DNA of 64,000 nucleotides from Marsupella aquatica (GCA_973895155.1 OZ316892.1:23629871-23693870); one strand, 5' to 3'. Counted from the first letter of the stretch, positions 1 through 14,345 are shown. A program made the numbers and translations. The notes: generated from the sequence alone by a model not told the origin.

Positions 1-252
1 TACTATCCTCAACAGCAACCTGGCTACTATCCTCAACAGGGGTATCCCCAGCAGGGATACTATCAGGACAATCAGCAAGGCAGAAGAGGAGGGGGTCTGG
101 GTGGTGGTGGTCTAGGGGGCGCTGGATTGGGTCTAGGTGCCGGGCTCCTTGGCGGTCTGTTGGTTGGAGATGTGATTGGGAATATGGGTGATGGTGGTGG
201 CTGTGGTGGTGGTGGTGGTTGTGGTGGCGGTGGTGGTTGTGGTGGCGGTTAA
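1..252 (+). CDS. 3' end of SRC2-like (C2-domain family) Gly/Pro/Tyr-rich protein, partial
   Basis: Frame 1 reads YYPQQQPGYYPQQGYPQQGYYQDNQQGRRGGGLGGGGLGGAGLGLGAGLLGGLLVGDVIGNMGDGGGCGG...GGG* (TAA 250-252). The GLGAGLLGGLLVGD motif after a YPQ-rich tract is typical of plant SRC2-type C-termini. The 5' part lies outside the window. Confidence 0.7.
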   Translation, partial: YYPQQQPGYYPQQGYPQQGYYQDNQQGRRGGGLGGGGLGGAGLGLGAGLLGGLLVGDVIGNMGDGGGCGGGGGCGGGGGCGGG

Positions 253-1784
253 ATCGCTTCAAATCGCTTCTCTGACGATCTTCATGTTGTTAATAGTTTC
301 CACTTCAATCGTTTTCCTGTACGAAAGGTTACTGTAATGCATTCAATTCGTAGTAGTCAAAACAGTAGGAATTCAGAGTAGTCAAAACAGTAGGAATGCT
401 CCAATCCATGTTTCCGTGTGTGTCTTCGGCTTAGAGCTCGTAAGGAATGGACATGCATATGCGACATGGAGTTCAATTCTCCAGCAAAGGAGGATCTTCA
501 AATATTGTGCTTCAAGGAAGGGTGAAGGGTGAGAGGTATTCACAATTGCCAGTGGTTAAGAAGTAGTTTGCATGGTACCTGCCCAGTTCAAGAGATGCAT
601 AGTAGAAGAGAGGCCGTGAGACTGATCTGCGAGATAATCAATGTAACATAGACCCGCCCAATAGTGTAGTAAGGTCTTATCTCTGGAGCAGTATAGTACG
701 GGCAATAATAGCCCCCGGAAACTCAAGCTGAAGTTCTCGTTTCTTGGGGCATTAATCCCATAATGCCCTCTAAACAGGGCTTTACTGTATACACGAACTT
801 GGGGGCACAATCATTCCCGAAACTAGTCATGTATCATTGGGTCCCTTTTTTTGCTGATGTGTGCATGTTTTCTTGTCACGAACTTACACCTCCTATTGAG
901 GTTGATTAAAAACTGGAGCAAAAGGCTCCTTCTTTTCAGGAAATTGCATTTCTTATTTCCAGACCTGACACATTGTGGCTCTGGCATTTCAACTTTTGGG
1001 TAAGGTGCCGAAGCAGGCATGGCTGTTTGGTAGTTCACTTGAGAAGTAAGTACTCATGGGTCTTGAATTGAAACGTTGTAACTGGCTTCTATCTACTCCT
1101 TACCATGTGGTTTACTGTGTGGTTTTATAAAAAAACATTCCAGCTTTGGATGGAGAGGTACTCAACCGCCCGCACCTTCTTGTATATCTTAGGACACAAC
1201 TGAAGTTTTACCACGAGACAACTACGTACTGTAGTGTGCTGATGCAATACATTCCGTGTCGAGCACTTTGGTTTCTTTGAAGCCGGTTCCTTGTGCCCTT
1301 CTCGATAGTAGCGAGAACACGGACGATACGTCCCGATCGGACGCCACCTTCATCTGAATAGTAGTATACAGTACTAATCTCATAGCTGCCATGGAGTTCG
1401 GGACTACGCCTGACAGGTTGAGTGGCTGTGTTTCTGGTGGTGTAAACTGGATAATTCTCGTGATCCGTCGATCGATCTGAGATCGAGCTTGCGGCCGGAG
1501 AAAGATTGTTTCGGATCATCTGCTGCGTGAAGGTTGCGTCGTGGTTCTTCTGTAAAGGATGTTGGATCGGCGGGCGCATCGGTTGCTGTTTTGATCTAGA
1601 GATTCTCCCGGCGAAAGATTTGATCGGTTGACTTAAGTTTTGGTTGTTGCCGACGAGGTCTGGTTCGTTCTTGTGAGAGGGACCGGAGTTCTTTGGGAAA
1701 GTTCAATTTTGGAAAATTGTCTACTCGGGAGGTGAGGACGATGTGGACAGTGGTCCTCGAGCGGATGAGGAGCAAATGCAACAG

Positions 1785-2188
1785 GGGTGGTTGTGGTTGT
1801 GGTGCGGTTAAATCGCTTCTCGGAGTATCTTCATGTTGTTAATAGTTTCCTCTTCATTCGTTTTCCTGTAGGAAGGATTACTGTAATGGATTAAATTCGT
1901 AGTATTTAAAACATTAGGAATGCTCGAATCCATGTTTCCATATGCCACTTCGGCTTAGAGCTAGTAAGGAGCGTGCTTGCATGTGCAACATGCAGTTCCT
2001 TTCTCTAGCAAAGGAGGATACTCAGTAAATATTGTGCGTCAAGAACGGGGATGGGTGAGAGTTATACACAATTGCCAGTGGTTCACAAGTAGTTGGCATC
2101 ATACCTGCAAAACTTGAGAGATGTATAGTAGAAGAGAGGCCATCCTGAGCCTGATCTGCGAGATAATCAATGTAACATAGACCCGCCC
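1785..2188 (+). repeat. Diverged duplicate of 228-659 (end of the SRC2-like CDS plus downstream sequence)
   Basis: Colinear shared blocks: ggttaaatcgcttc, tcttcatgttgttaatagtttcc, cttcggcttagagct, cacaattgccagtggtt, gatctgcgagataatcaatgtaacatagacccgccc. Confidence 0.9.
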
Positions 2189-2189
2189 C

Positions 2190-2747
2190 ATACCTACTGA
2201 ATCGGCAGCAGGCACGATTGCAGAATCGAATGGTGCCTGGGAGTATGCAATGGCTCTCCTCAATGCAAGTCTCGTATCTGGGACGAGATGGTTTGTTGGG
2301 GTCGTTGTCATTAGGAAAGGGTGACATTCAATCCTTATCTTACGGAACTCGTGCATTCTCGTGAGAAATATTCTTGGTGCATGGAACAAAATATTTGAAA
2401 CAAAACGCGAAGTCTCTAATGATAAGCTCAAATCCATGCTGGGCCAGTCCTCTCATCGCATGGAGAGTCCTCTCATAGTGCTACTCGGATGGAGTTCCTC
2501 GACTCTCTCCCTTGGATTTCTTCCTGTTCTGATTGGAGTTATTATAGAGTTATGAATAGTGATTCTATGTTGGAGTTCCTCGGCTCTCACCTTGGTCCTT
2601 GCAGGGATTTCTTCTTTTTCTGACCCGACTTGTTCCCAGTGCGCACTATGCTTCTCTGTGCGGAATGCTTTCGTGAACTGGCCTCGACCATCGGTTATTC
2701 TTGAATTAAGAAATTCATTCATGAATCTAAGTTTAAAATATCACTAA
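2190..2747 (+). mobile_element. Possible degenerate non-LTR retrotransposon (LINE ORF2 C-terminal) fragment
   Basis: Broken ORFs containing NILGAWNKI and CALCFSVRNAFVNW loosely resemble the W..RN...F segment at the LINE ORF2 end. No RT core is visible. Confidence 0.25.
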
Positions 2748-3015
2748 ATTAGGATGTGTTGTGTCCATCACACAAATCATCCAAAAAGTGCGAGCATGGA
2801 TTGAGTGAAGTCACTTTACCAGCTTCTAGTCTGGTATCCTATACACAAACTGACTTGCTCACCACCATGGATGCTTATGTCCAATGCATGACGATGAACA
2901 GAAAGTTGTGAAGAAGTCAATTGCACACAAATCATGGTCAAGCTCCAAAGAGTAGTCGAAACATCATCGCTTGGGACCAACAAATGCAGATATCTTGGAT
3001 CTGATTAATTAGATT

Positions 3016-3108
3016 TCATTATCCAATTATATGGTCATAGGAAGTTTGTCAATAACATTCAATCATTATCCAATTATATGGTCATGGGAAGTTTGTCAAT
3101 AACATTCA
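3016..3108. repeat. Tandem duplication of ~46 bp
   Basis: tcattatccaattatatggtcat(a/g)ggaagtttgtcaataacattcaa occurs twice. Confidence 0.9.
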
Positions 3109-4032
3109 AGGAAATTACTGGAACCACCATCTGGAATATGTATTTCATTATTCGTGTCAGTGCCTGTCCGCCTGAAATTACTTCGGTAATGCTTCTGTTA
3201 TCAGTTTGAAATTTTATACTCGCCCTTCTCTCATTTCAATTGAGTATGAGGACTCGCAACCGACAATGAAAACTGTGGGTACAGAACCCAGTCTTGATCC
3301 GATTACTGCTATTCAGAAGTTATTGGACCCACGTCAATAGAAGGCGTCCGGATTTAACGAAAGGTGCGTAAGTCAGTAGACATGCCCAGATGGAACCCTT
3401 CTGCACAGACGAAAGATCTGTCCACTATTGGTGCCTTAAAGTAATGCCAACGACATGAATGGCGCTTGCCCCTGGACACAAGTAAATAACGGAAATTGAA
3501 GCTGGATGTCTTCACAAAGACGTAAACAAAGGAGTTTTCTGCGCAGAGCCCCAAAATCTCCATTTTGCATAGTTTATGCTGTGCACAACTGCACCCCATT
3601 GTGCATATCATCTTAGTAGCTCCGTATCTGCAACAAAGATGGTCCTGAACAGGACTTTTAAGAATTAACTGTCTATAGTCTCGAGTTCCACAAAGGCGAT
3701 TTCGGCAGAAAGCCTTCAAGGTATGTCTACCTAGAGGACTAAGGATTGAAATGCCAAAATAATGTTGAATTTTTGAATAATGCTTTAAATACAATCCTAC
3801 AAACCAGTGGCCACTTTAGACATCAACGAAAACATCCTGCGGGCCAAAGAATTTCTCCTCCATGGACAGGGTTTGAAAGAGGGTGAAACGTATCCACCTT
3901 ATAGACATAAACTACCACATCACTTCGGCCAAGGACTTCCTCCTCCCTAGATAGGATTGTGAAAGGGTTAAAGGTATCCTCCTGATACTTTCATCCAAGA
4001 AACAGAGATACTCGCAGCCACATTCGAGTCCA

Positions 4033-7000
4033 TCATTTCTCCTTCTTGACTTCTGAAGTGCTTTCCTGTTGATTTTGACTCATTTCTGACTTGACCTGAT
4101 TGATTTGAGAGCGTTTATTTCCTCTGGGACCCTTAGAGCGCTCTGCTTGAGAGGCTGCAATTAGGACTTCTAGGACCACAGCAACCACCAAGAGTCCTCC
4201 AGCAACCCATAAAAACCCACGCCAAGTTGATAGTACGTTCCACATGAGATAGACGGACCCCGTTAATAAGAATGTTGCCCATCCAATCACAATCTGCACA
4301 CGGAGTGGAACGGGTCAGGTACCACACATTCTCAAAATGTCACAGAGTTGCAATAAAGGCTTCTACATCTCGATCTGTGTACAAGTCCATGTATATACCA
4401 AGAGTGGACCCCGCATTTTCGCAGCAGGTTGTAACAACTCATCCCCAAACGTGTTGGTTTTGTTGTGCTCGTCAAGTTCTTTATCCTGACCAAAACATCT
4501 CAGAACAGAGTCAGAATTCCCAGACAGATTGCCACAGTTCTACAGCATCCGTCTCACTAATGTAAGGTCACTATGACAAAACAAGCCAAGGCAGCAATAT
4601 CACTCTACTATCCAAGTCTTATCTAACTTCAAAACATTTGCATGCGGGATCACGTTCACAGGTACCTTCGTCACGAATGCCTCTTTGCACCAGTTAGCAA
4701 TTCCCTCATCAGTTGTGGGCAGTTGATCCATGGGAACTCGTTTGACTTTGACATGGACCTGTAAAACCCAAAAAGCTAGCCTCAGTAAGAAACATTGACG
4801 TACATACCCACAACTACGATATCTTGAACAAGATACAGTGCGACACTACGCATCTCTGAGAAGCATGAACTCAGGCTGATGGGTCGCTAACAAGAAATTA
4901 GGAGCCATGAACCAGCCTGCAATAAACCTTAAATCATTGAGCATTTTAAGAATTTTAGTTTACAACTGGAGACACTGGAGGCAATCTGGTGAGAAATAAT
5001 GCAAAATGCATGAATTGACTTTTCATACCACAGAAGGAAGTCCTTTCAGAATGCGAGACATATTGGGCTCTGGAGCCTCGGTAGAAATAGCAATTGTCAT
5101 GTCATAAACCGCAGGCACAAAATGTCCCAAGTTGTCTATAGCTGAAACAAAGCCCTGCACAAAGAGAATTTCTAGTCAGACCAGAAATTTAGCAGCCAAA
5201 TTTCCAAACAAACACAAAACTTCAGCACATGTGGTAGCAAGGAATTAATAAAAAATCACGGAATCTCAAACACTCCTACGATAGGATGCAAATATAAGAC
5301 TTCCAGGGATCATTGTCTAGGAACCAACCTTTGTGCGCGGAATTAATACATTCTGTGGAATAGGCATTCCAACAGACGCAGCGTACTCCTGAGCAGCAGC
5401 CAGCTTGGTTTGTGTGAAGCGAGTTCCCTCCACAAAGAGAGCTAACCAGAAAGGCCTTGGAAACCCTTCCAGATTACGATAGCCAGCCTTCAAGAACAAA
5501 TCCGATATATTACACTATCTAAAAAGCTCCGTTTGCTTCAAACCCATATGTATCCATGACATTTGAGACGGTGGCATTTAATTTATACAAATCATAAATA
5601 GTTTCACTCGTTCTTCAGCTATGTTTTCTTTTCAAGGACCTTCCATGTAAGGATTAAAAACGTGTAATTAAACATTATACAGATGAAGCCCCGATTCGTT
5701 CAAAAATTATGCGACACTCTTCCGGAAAGTCACATATTAGACATTGAGCTGAGCTTGCTTGTATGCATGGGCCTTCCAATTATGTGCCACGATACTTTCA
5801 TAGATATGCAGGGCTGTCCGCAGATCGCCTTAGAGCATCTAAACTGCATACTCTTCCATCAAGTAAGCAATTGACTTATTCTCACTCTCCTGTTAAACAA
5901 GATAGTTCCTAGTCATGACTAAGACTTTTCTGATATTTTTCTTGGATGAATTGATATATTCTCACTCTAGATGAGTAGAGAAGAGAGGTACAAGGACCAG
6001 GAAGCTCTTCATCGATCTTCCTAATTGTTGTTTCCGGAAACGTTCGTTCCAGATTGAGCTGCATTGTCAATCACTGGATAGCAATGCCAATTTCATGTGT
6101 TTCTTTTTCCAACTAGATGTCCATGTCAAACCAAGTACATCACTCTCAACACCAGTCTTTGGACACATATAGATATGATTTCGGATGCACCAAAAAAGCC
6201 CGTACCTTGAGAGTCGTCTCATCTTTAGCCCAATTTCTTGCCAAGAATACGTACTCTGAGAACCACATGGACCAACCGATTACCTGCCAAAATAGGGGTT
6301 CACGTCTTAGCAACTATTGAACAGCAAAAGTAGACTGGGTTTCAAAGCCAACGATCACCTGATCAATCTCACGATCCCTTTTTCTTTGCAAACTCTAAGC
6401 ATGTGAGACTCATTCTTGCAGAAATACAGTACAAAAGGGAAAGAAAGGACGGACCGGCAGGTATTTCACGGATTGCTTCATGATAGCCCTCGTGCCACCT
6501 AGACATCCGCCCCTCTGCAGTACAGCAATTATCACCATCCGGAACATTAGCAAACTTGGAAACAGGGGGCTCTAAATCAACTACAATCCCATCTAGACTG
6601 CAGATTCAGCTTGAACATTTTATACTGGACTCCAAACCAGATGTACGTCTCCAAGCTACTGTCAATCACGTAGGCCCTTCTAGGACACTGTGAGGTACCT
6701 AATGAGGTACCACGGTAATCTGTGGGGACACCTGTTCAATCCTACATACTGAGCAAGTCCTTAGAATATAATGGCAGTTGTAAATGGATCCCCTGAAAAT
6801 GAGGGACTACAGCATTCATGACACATTTAGAAGGTCAAAGCAGAGTAAAAGCCAATAAGTCAAACAGAAAACACACCTTGGCTAGAAGCCAACCTACAAG
6901 CCAATCGATATCACTCCTGTGGTTACATATGAGTAATGCATGTTCCTTGCCTGTCAAATGTACAACAGCATTTGAGCGGCAAAACCACAAAACTGAACAG

Positions 7001-7812
7001 AAGGTTTGCACATTATCAATTTATTGTACTGTTGACGACCCTACAGTGCTGCTCTCAATTCTCCCGCCAGTCCACTTCCAAGCAGAGCAACTCAAAACCC
7101 ACATAAATCAGTGAGCGTCATGAGTTCTTCTTACCCATCAATCGCAGTGTCTCCGGATCTGTATATACTTTAATCTGGATGTAATCACAAAGATAACCAT
7201 AAGTACGATGATCACTACGGATAGCCAAAAACACGCGGCTACTATCACAGATGACTAGAATTGCTAGACACTTTATTTTCCCCCAATGAAACCGTGGCGA
7301 TTCCGAATGAAAAGGCAAGCTCGTGAGGAGAAAATGAGAATCATCACCGACATACGCAGGATATCGATAATAGCAGCCTTGACAATAGGCGAACAACGAC
7401 AGCGAGAGACATGGAATACCTTGACATCTGCCCACCATTCTAGCAGCCAAATAAGCTCCGACCATAACAAATCCGTGAGCATGAAATTCGCAACTCTGTA
7501 AGCCTTCTTTGAGAACAAGAGTAGTACCAAAGTAAATACCTACAAAAAGCACGCACAGTTGTTACTGGGACAATTACTTGGGAAGCAAGAAGCGAGAGCT
7601 TGATTAATTCCGACAGCATATCAGAGAAAGAAAAATACCCACAGCGTCACTGTCAAGCTCTGTGACATTCATTCCGTCCCATCCTAAACATGCCAGCAAA
7701 AGGACAACATGAGGTGCGATAAGGCTGAGCAAAGAACCTGGACTGCATTAACAAGAAACCCAGAGATGAGAAACATTAGCCCCAGTGGCACCGCAGCAGC
7801 TGAGAACGCCAT
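4033..7812 (-). CDS. LPAT2: 1-acyl-sn-glycerol-3-phosphate acyltransferase (LPAT2/3 type), 11 exons, ~390 aa
   Basis: Exons 7812-7738, 7539-7420, 7174-7135, 6950-6877, 6514-6455, 6283-6206, 5487-5329, 5154-5029, 4758-4666, 4485-4399, 4293-4033, all GT-AG and phase-compatible. Motifs [50 protein letters not shown]-terminus KKEK resembles a di-lysine ER retrieval signal. Confidence 0.95.
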
Positions 7813-9549
7813 CACTCAGTATGGGCGACCAGTCCGTGAACCCTCTTTTGCCAAATTCTAAAATCTTGTTGAACCCAATTCGGAATCCCTCATCCGCTCC
7901 ACAAAATCCTTCGAAGAGTCCCCCCAAGATCTACCGATACACTGTCTCAGCTGAGATCACCTTCTCAACCTACTGTAGCAGCTCTCCTCGCGCAATGAAA
8001 CCGGAGCGAAAAGACGCCCGTCGGATCAAATCCAAGGACTAAATCCCTCTCAGGTGGCAACAAGACAGAGCACAAGCCCCTTCAGGTGAATAATCGCCGC
8101 TAAAGAAAGCTCAGAAGACCACCAATCAAAGCAGCCCGTTGGAGACCGCTCTTCTGCTCAGCAACCCACAATTCCAGATAACATCCAATCGTCCCGTCCT
8201 TTCATTCGATTGTTTGTCAGCGACTCCCTCACAGTTCACTCTACTTACTAGCCTCCAGCGAAGCCAAAGCAGAGCAAACCCCAGTAGCTCGCGCTCCTCC
8301 TGCTCAACAATTCCCCTTGCCTCGGTCCAGAGTCCAGACCAACCCACAGCAGCACGCAATATTACCCAGCTGCAACAACAAAAAGCCCACACGCCTCGAA
8401 TGAAATTACTCTACTCCGCAAATGTCAGCCCCACATCGCTTTCTTCTACACATCATAGCATTAACCTTTCCACCAGCACCACCGCCGCCGCCTCCACCAT
8501 CACCACAGCTCCCCTCACCTCCTCACCTCACACTTGCCGAGTCCCCTACTCCGGCCCCCACTGAATCTCTCGACAAAATCGATAGCAGACAGCGAAAACC
8601 TCATCCAAATCACAGCATTGTTTCTTCCTCGAGCTCTTCCATTCATCCATTCATTCATTCACTTCACTTCACTACACTACACCCCCACCTTGCAGGCATC
8701 CCTCTTTGCCCACTGAACTTACGTCCCGGAGACAACACCCAACAGGTTCCCCTCAGTAACCCCAACCCCCACTAGTCCATTACACACGGAACGACGATGG
8801 GATAGTGTAGAGTACTAGAGTGGGGCCGCGGCGGGAGCGCACCTCTGGTGGGGCCCTTGTGGGAGCGAGTCGCCCCCTCTCTACTCAAGTAGTAGAGTGC
8901 AATGACCTCTCTCTAAACCCCGTCCCCCCCTCCCGCCCCCCCAACGACCCACAAGATGCAGCCGAAAAGGTCCTCTATCATTAGCGGCGTCCCTCCCTCC
9001 CTGCAGGACGCTGTCCCTTGCTGTCCTTCCCCTAAGTCCGTTAATGTTATTAATTAATTAGACTGAAATTACGACTGCTCCCAGATTCTGTACCCAGAAT
9101 CAAGGGAACTCCTGTGGACCGTCCAAGTCACAGATCTACCGCTTATTTACCGATCCTCCGGTGCAATCCGAGGCTCCCAACTGTCATGTCGCTGTTTGCA
9201 GGAAAAGCGTGAAAGGGAGAGACCCCAATAAGGCGGAGGGGAGAGCTCCCGAATTGGAGTTTCTGTGTCTGTTTTTTAATATAAGTGAAGGCGACGATGC
9301 GCCGACTTCTCGAATTGGAGTAATTCATTTTTTTTATTGAGGTACATTCTGCCGTGTAAGTGCAAGGCCTCGAGAACAACGCCCCAGCCTTGCAGTTAGA
9401 AACGTTTTGCAGAAGAGTAGGTCTTTTTCTTTTCACTCTACGGTCATTATGTGCAAAGACCTCAGGACCAACGCCCCGCCTTGCACTTAAAGACGTTGAC
9501 GTTTTTAAGTATTTAAGATATCAAGAAGATTCCTTATCTAATTTTCCTA

Positions 9550-9740
9550 CATTGTTTTTTGACCACTAAATTTCCCTAGATTTAAGGATGATGGCTAGAT
9601 TTTGGCTAATGGGGTCCTGGTTGGGTGTGAAATTGGCTTATGGACCATAGAAAACCTCGCAACTCCTCTAAAGTGGGCGAGACTGCTAAAAGAGGTGGAA
9701 TGTGACAAATTTTTGCCACTGAAAAATGTTGTTCTGCACT
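9550..9740 (+). repeat. Dispersed repeat family, copy A
   Basis: tccctagatttaagga...tagatt(t/c)tggctaatggggtc...gaggtggaat is shared with 48105-48295. A more diverged reverse-complement copy lies at ~40040-40220. Confidence 0.75.
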
Positions 9741-12700
9741 ATGCAATAAGTGCAAGTGAACGATTTCTAGCATCCATCTAATATAGCACTATCAAAACTT
9801 GAAAGCTAAGAGAAGGGCCTACAGTCTAAAGTGAGACCTAGGCCATGACTCGGGGGTTGGGGGTGGAACTGGAAGCGTGAGGGTTCACAAGCACCATCTA
9901 CAGTATGTATGAGCTTGCAGGGTGGCAGTGACCACCTATATATGAGCAAAGCTAAACTTACAAGCAAAGCTTTTGCCAAGTGAGGGTGACTTTATAAGAT
10001 GTGGGGGGCACTTCTGACTTTTTTCACCAATTAAAGCCAATGGGAGGGCCACTTCTTGTTCTAAGATAAACTCAAGACCATACATCTTTTGAGATGAAGT
10101 TAAATATATATAAATCCATTCAAGTAAAGGAGAAAAGGTTTGGGAATGTCTGGACCACCTTTGGAGGTGGTCTAAAATTCTAGACAGAATAAGCCGTCTA
10201 CATCAACATTCTCTTGGCCCCACCGATTGCCTTGTAGGATTGCTAGATGATATACCTCAATGGGCCTCCAGTTTTTGTAAGGCCAATTGCAGACAAACCC
10301 ACTCATTACATGGTCCAGATTTAATATCACGGGGAATAGAAAGAACCAAGGGCCCCTACCTCTTGTAAAGCCACCCTCAGAAATAGGGTAATCTTTAACT
10401 TTTTGGCAAGTTTGTCACACTGGCAAACTCCCCCCTCTTGCAGTGGGAGAGGTGGCAAATGGGCCCAGTATGTCCTCGCTGTCACAGTCAACCAGGTTAC
10501 TGGCAGCTCCCAATATGTCCCAGTTGACTGATGTGGTAGATGACTGGCAAATGCAATCAAGCACATGTTGAACTACTGACAAATGCTTCAAAATATAGAC
10601 ATGCTTCATTGGAGAATTCTTATCCAACAAGCCCCATGCCCATGCGTTGTACAGAAATGTCAAGGTGAGAAAAGATGTCAATGTGAAAAAATGATCATGA
10701 CATTAAAAAACAATGTGGAGGAGAAAAAAGATGTCGAGATGAGTAAAAGACGTCAATATGAGAACAAAATTATGTCAAGGTGATGAAAAGATGTTGGGGA
10801 GAGAAAAAGATGTTAAAATAAGAAAATATGGCAAGAAGGGGGGGGGGGCAAGAATACTAAAGCTTCATGAGGTAGTACGTTGTTGAGGCATCTTATGTAT
10901 CATCCCAGCCATAGTCATTGTGGTTGTGTTAAGCACCCATGCCTCACACATAAGATGTCATTGTATAAAAGATGTTGTGGAAAATAATTAGTTGCATAAA
11001 AGTTGTCATTGCCTAAACGATGGTGTGGCCCAACCCAGGAAAGACAAATATCTATTTTAGCAAAAATTTGGAGGGTCCACCTGCACAAAAATATAAGAAT
11101 ATATGGTTTAGGATGGGATTTAATTTCTAGCTATAAACTTTAATCATGAAAAGATGAAAACAAAATTCAATTGTTTTTATAAAAGATGTCTCCTTTACTT
11201 GAATGGATTTACGTATACTAAAAAAAATTGCACTTCAGTCTTGAAGTACACTGGTCAATAAATAATACCACAAATAGTGACTAATTAATTAGTTTGGAAC
11301 AAAAGGGAAAAGACACACACAAATGACAAAGGAGAAAACAAGGTATAAAAAGGAAATGAAAGGGAACAAAAGCCACACAAAAGACAAAATGCGGAAAAGG
11401 TACTTTACAGAAAAGATATGAAAGGGGATAGTATCCAGAGGTATGTATTTTTCCGAATCCAGGGTCACAAAAAGAAGTCCTTTAAATCTAATAGTTGGGA
11501 TTGATTCCGGCCAATTCTATTTTCATAAGCAGACGATGCCTACAAAAAGAGGGGAATCGTGTATTATAGTGTGTAGATGAACTTGAGAATGAACAGAACA
11601 CCAAGAACCTTCCAATCAAGAGTGATGCCCTACAGAAAATGTGCCAACATCTGCAGATCTCAGGGCAGATCTGCAAGATGTTACTTTGCTACACCTCGTA
11701 CCCTTGAGATGGCCAACATTTAGATGGATAAGGGATTCTTTCTTTATAGATGTCAATCCTGCAAAAGTGAAAGGGCTTCAGAAACTCAAAACAGGGAAGG
11801 TGTATGTTCTTATTGACGGATATTTTTGTTCTTTTGTTGCAACTTGCCCTTAGGTGCCACCATTTCATGATGGTTATGGCTGTTAAAGTTGTGCAATCCA
11901 TACAAAACTGTCAAATGTAGATCGCTTATTTCTACTACCCAATCTTAAATCACAACTCAAATGATTGATTTGGTCATGACAGAGGGCATCCAGCAAAATA
12001 GTCATACTTGAACTTGTTCAATGTTTAGACTTTTCATTGGTTAATCCTGGCTTTGGGTGGGTGAGGGCAGGTCCTATTTTCTATCTATTGTTGTGCATTA
12101 TACTTCATACTCTTTGTGTGACATTGTGGCATAGTGGACCCCTTGTGTGAACTATTCTTTCTATTTAAAAGAAACTAAATTAAGTATGCCAATTTTAAGA
12201 TTTTCAAATGTGTGCATGTAATATGCACTATTGTAAAGTATTCTTGGAGTTCCACTGCCATGCTAGTGGACAATCTGTGCAAAAAAAGTGTAATACCAAT
12301 TTAAGGCTCTGACCCCCTCCCCTATACAATTTTTTTTAGAAAAGGTTTCATATTAGTTATTGTATTGAAATAAGGGTTCAAAAATTACAATGTGAGATTG
12401 GATTGTTTGACAGAGTGTATGTTCAATTGATAAGGATGTCACAAATATCCCAAACAATCCCACATAGTGACTATGCTTCCAAACAGTAAAATTGGGTCAA
12501 GAAATGTAGTCATCAAGCTCCTTGATTCACTGGCAAACTTTCTGGCAAAGGGCAGAAAATGGCTCTCAAATTCCCTTGTTTAAGGTAGAACAAGTCCAAA
12601 GAATGGAGATGTGGACTCAAGGCAAGATGAAACAGCAATTCACATTGAGAGGTATGTTTGAGCTTGCAGAAAGTTATCCAATCAATTCGAAACTTGAGAA

Positions 12701-12791
12701 ATCTTTGAAATAACAAACACTCAGATCTTACATTAAAGCCTTGGAGATTACGCACAGATGGAGCACTACCCCTCCCACACCAGGCTCTTCA

Positions 12792-13240
12792 TGTTGACGA
12801 TTGGGAGGGTTTTAGTTTTTCAGCTCTTGGTTGTTTATGGGTTGGGCTTCTTGTGGGGTCCTTTGGGCTTTTTGGTCCCCCTTGATTGAGTCTTTTGTTA
12901 GGCATTTACTCTGAAAGTCTTAGGTTATGACTGTAATTGTAGTTAGGGCTAACCATAGTCACATACTTGGTTAGGTTAGTCATGTTGCACACTATATCCC
13001 TAAGCGGTGTTTGCTTGGATAAAATGAACTTAGGCTCATTCTTAGAGAACCAGTTGAGAGATAAGGAGAACTTATATTGCAGAGATTCGGTATGATCGAT
13101 GGGCCTAAAATGTAGTAAATCTCTTGTGTGTTCCTGTGTATGTAACCTCAGATGAGATGAACTACGTATCTCTCTATGTCAACTACTTGTGCGTTAAATG
13201 ATCATGTGTTTGTCGTTGTGAATGTCCTATTTGCTTAACA
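12792..13240. mobile_element. Candidate solo LTR (~450 bp)
   Basis: Starts TGTTGA and ends TTAACA (TG...CA with imperfect terminal inversion), with an internal ctatat TATA-like box. No exact 5-bp TSD. Confidence 0.3.
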
Positions 13241-13287
13241 TCTTTTGCCTGACGGATCATGTGTCCTTGTATGAAGATAATTGTTTA

Positions 13288-13895
13288 GGGCAGTTTGCAC
13301 ACAAAATCTCTCAAGATTGGTTTGATTTTTTGGTGTGGAGCACAAGCCTTTTTATTTGGTGTCCCAATAGTGAGCAAAACTTTATGCTCAAAGACTAGAG
13401 CAAATTTTAGGGGATCATATTTTTTGGGCAGTTTCAAGTACACACAGAGTCCCTCAAGACTGGTTTGAATTTTTGGTGTGGAGCAGGGGCCTTTTTATTG
13501 GGTGCATGAGAAGTGAACAAAAATCTATGCTCCAAGAAGAGAGCAAAAATATTAGGCAATCATGAGTTTTTTTGGCAGTTCTGAATACACACATGGTAGT
13601 TGTAATATTTCACGTTGTATTTTACAGGGCATTTTGGACGATCCTACCTTGATGAAGATCTATATGGCCCCTTTATTAACATTCTCTTCTACTTTTACTA
13701 AAGTTTGTAAGCCTACAAATCTCCCGCGTGCACTAAGGTCCTGTTTCGTGAGCATTATGGGGTCCCATAATGCCCCTCTGAACAGGACGTTGCTATATAC
13801 ATGGTTTGATTTTTTGGTGCGGAGCACGGGCCATTTTATTTGGTGTCCGAGAAGTGAGCAACAATTCATGCTCCGAGACGAGCGCAAAATTTTTA
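13288..13895. repeat. Degenerate ~135-bp repeat, 3 copies, upstream of SEC24
   Basis: tggtttga(a/t)tttttggtg(t/c)ggagca...ttttatt(t/g)ggtg...agtga(g/a)caa...atgctc...gagc recurs at ~13318, ~13461 and ~13802. Confidence 0.85.
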
Positions 13896-14345
13896 AGCCC
13901 CGGTCCGGTTTCTGCTCCAGCCCCATTATTCGAAGGGAGCCCCGGCCCGTTCCACTTGAGGCAGAAGGAATTCCACAAACAACAATACACTAGCGAAATT
14001 GCGGAAAGAGGAGCGAAGCGAAGGAGAGCAGTAGGGAAAAACTCGTGTCCAACACGAGAGAACCCAAGAGCGAAGAGAGCAGAGGGAAAGGAGGAGGAAA
14101 GGAGAATGGCAGATGCTTGAAGCGGACGCTGTCGATGAGGAGGAGGAGACGACGGGATTGAAGGAACGGAAGGAAAGGAGGAGAAGAAGAGAGGGCGACG
14201 GAGGAGGAGGAGATTTTGGTCGTTTGGTGATGGTGAATGTGGTGGAATGAAATAAACACGGAGGAGCAGAAGTGTAGGGATTGAGTGATTGCTGCTAGCT
14301 AAGCTCGAGGGAGGAGGAGGGAGGGAGGGAGGGAGGGGAGGCAGG

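Noticed and set aside
8126-8775. Ser/Thr/Pro-rich ORFs upstream of LPAT2
   Set aside because: Low-complexity 5' leader/promoter composition explains them, and they show no coding signature.
10150-10185. Hairpin plus CTAG as a Helitron 3' end
   Set aside because: CTAG is followed by A rather than T, and no matching 5' TC end could be assigned.
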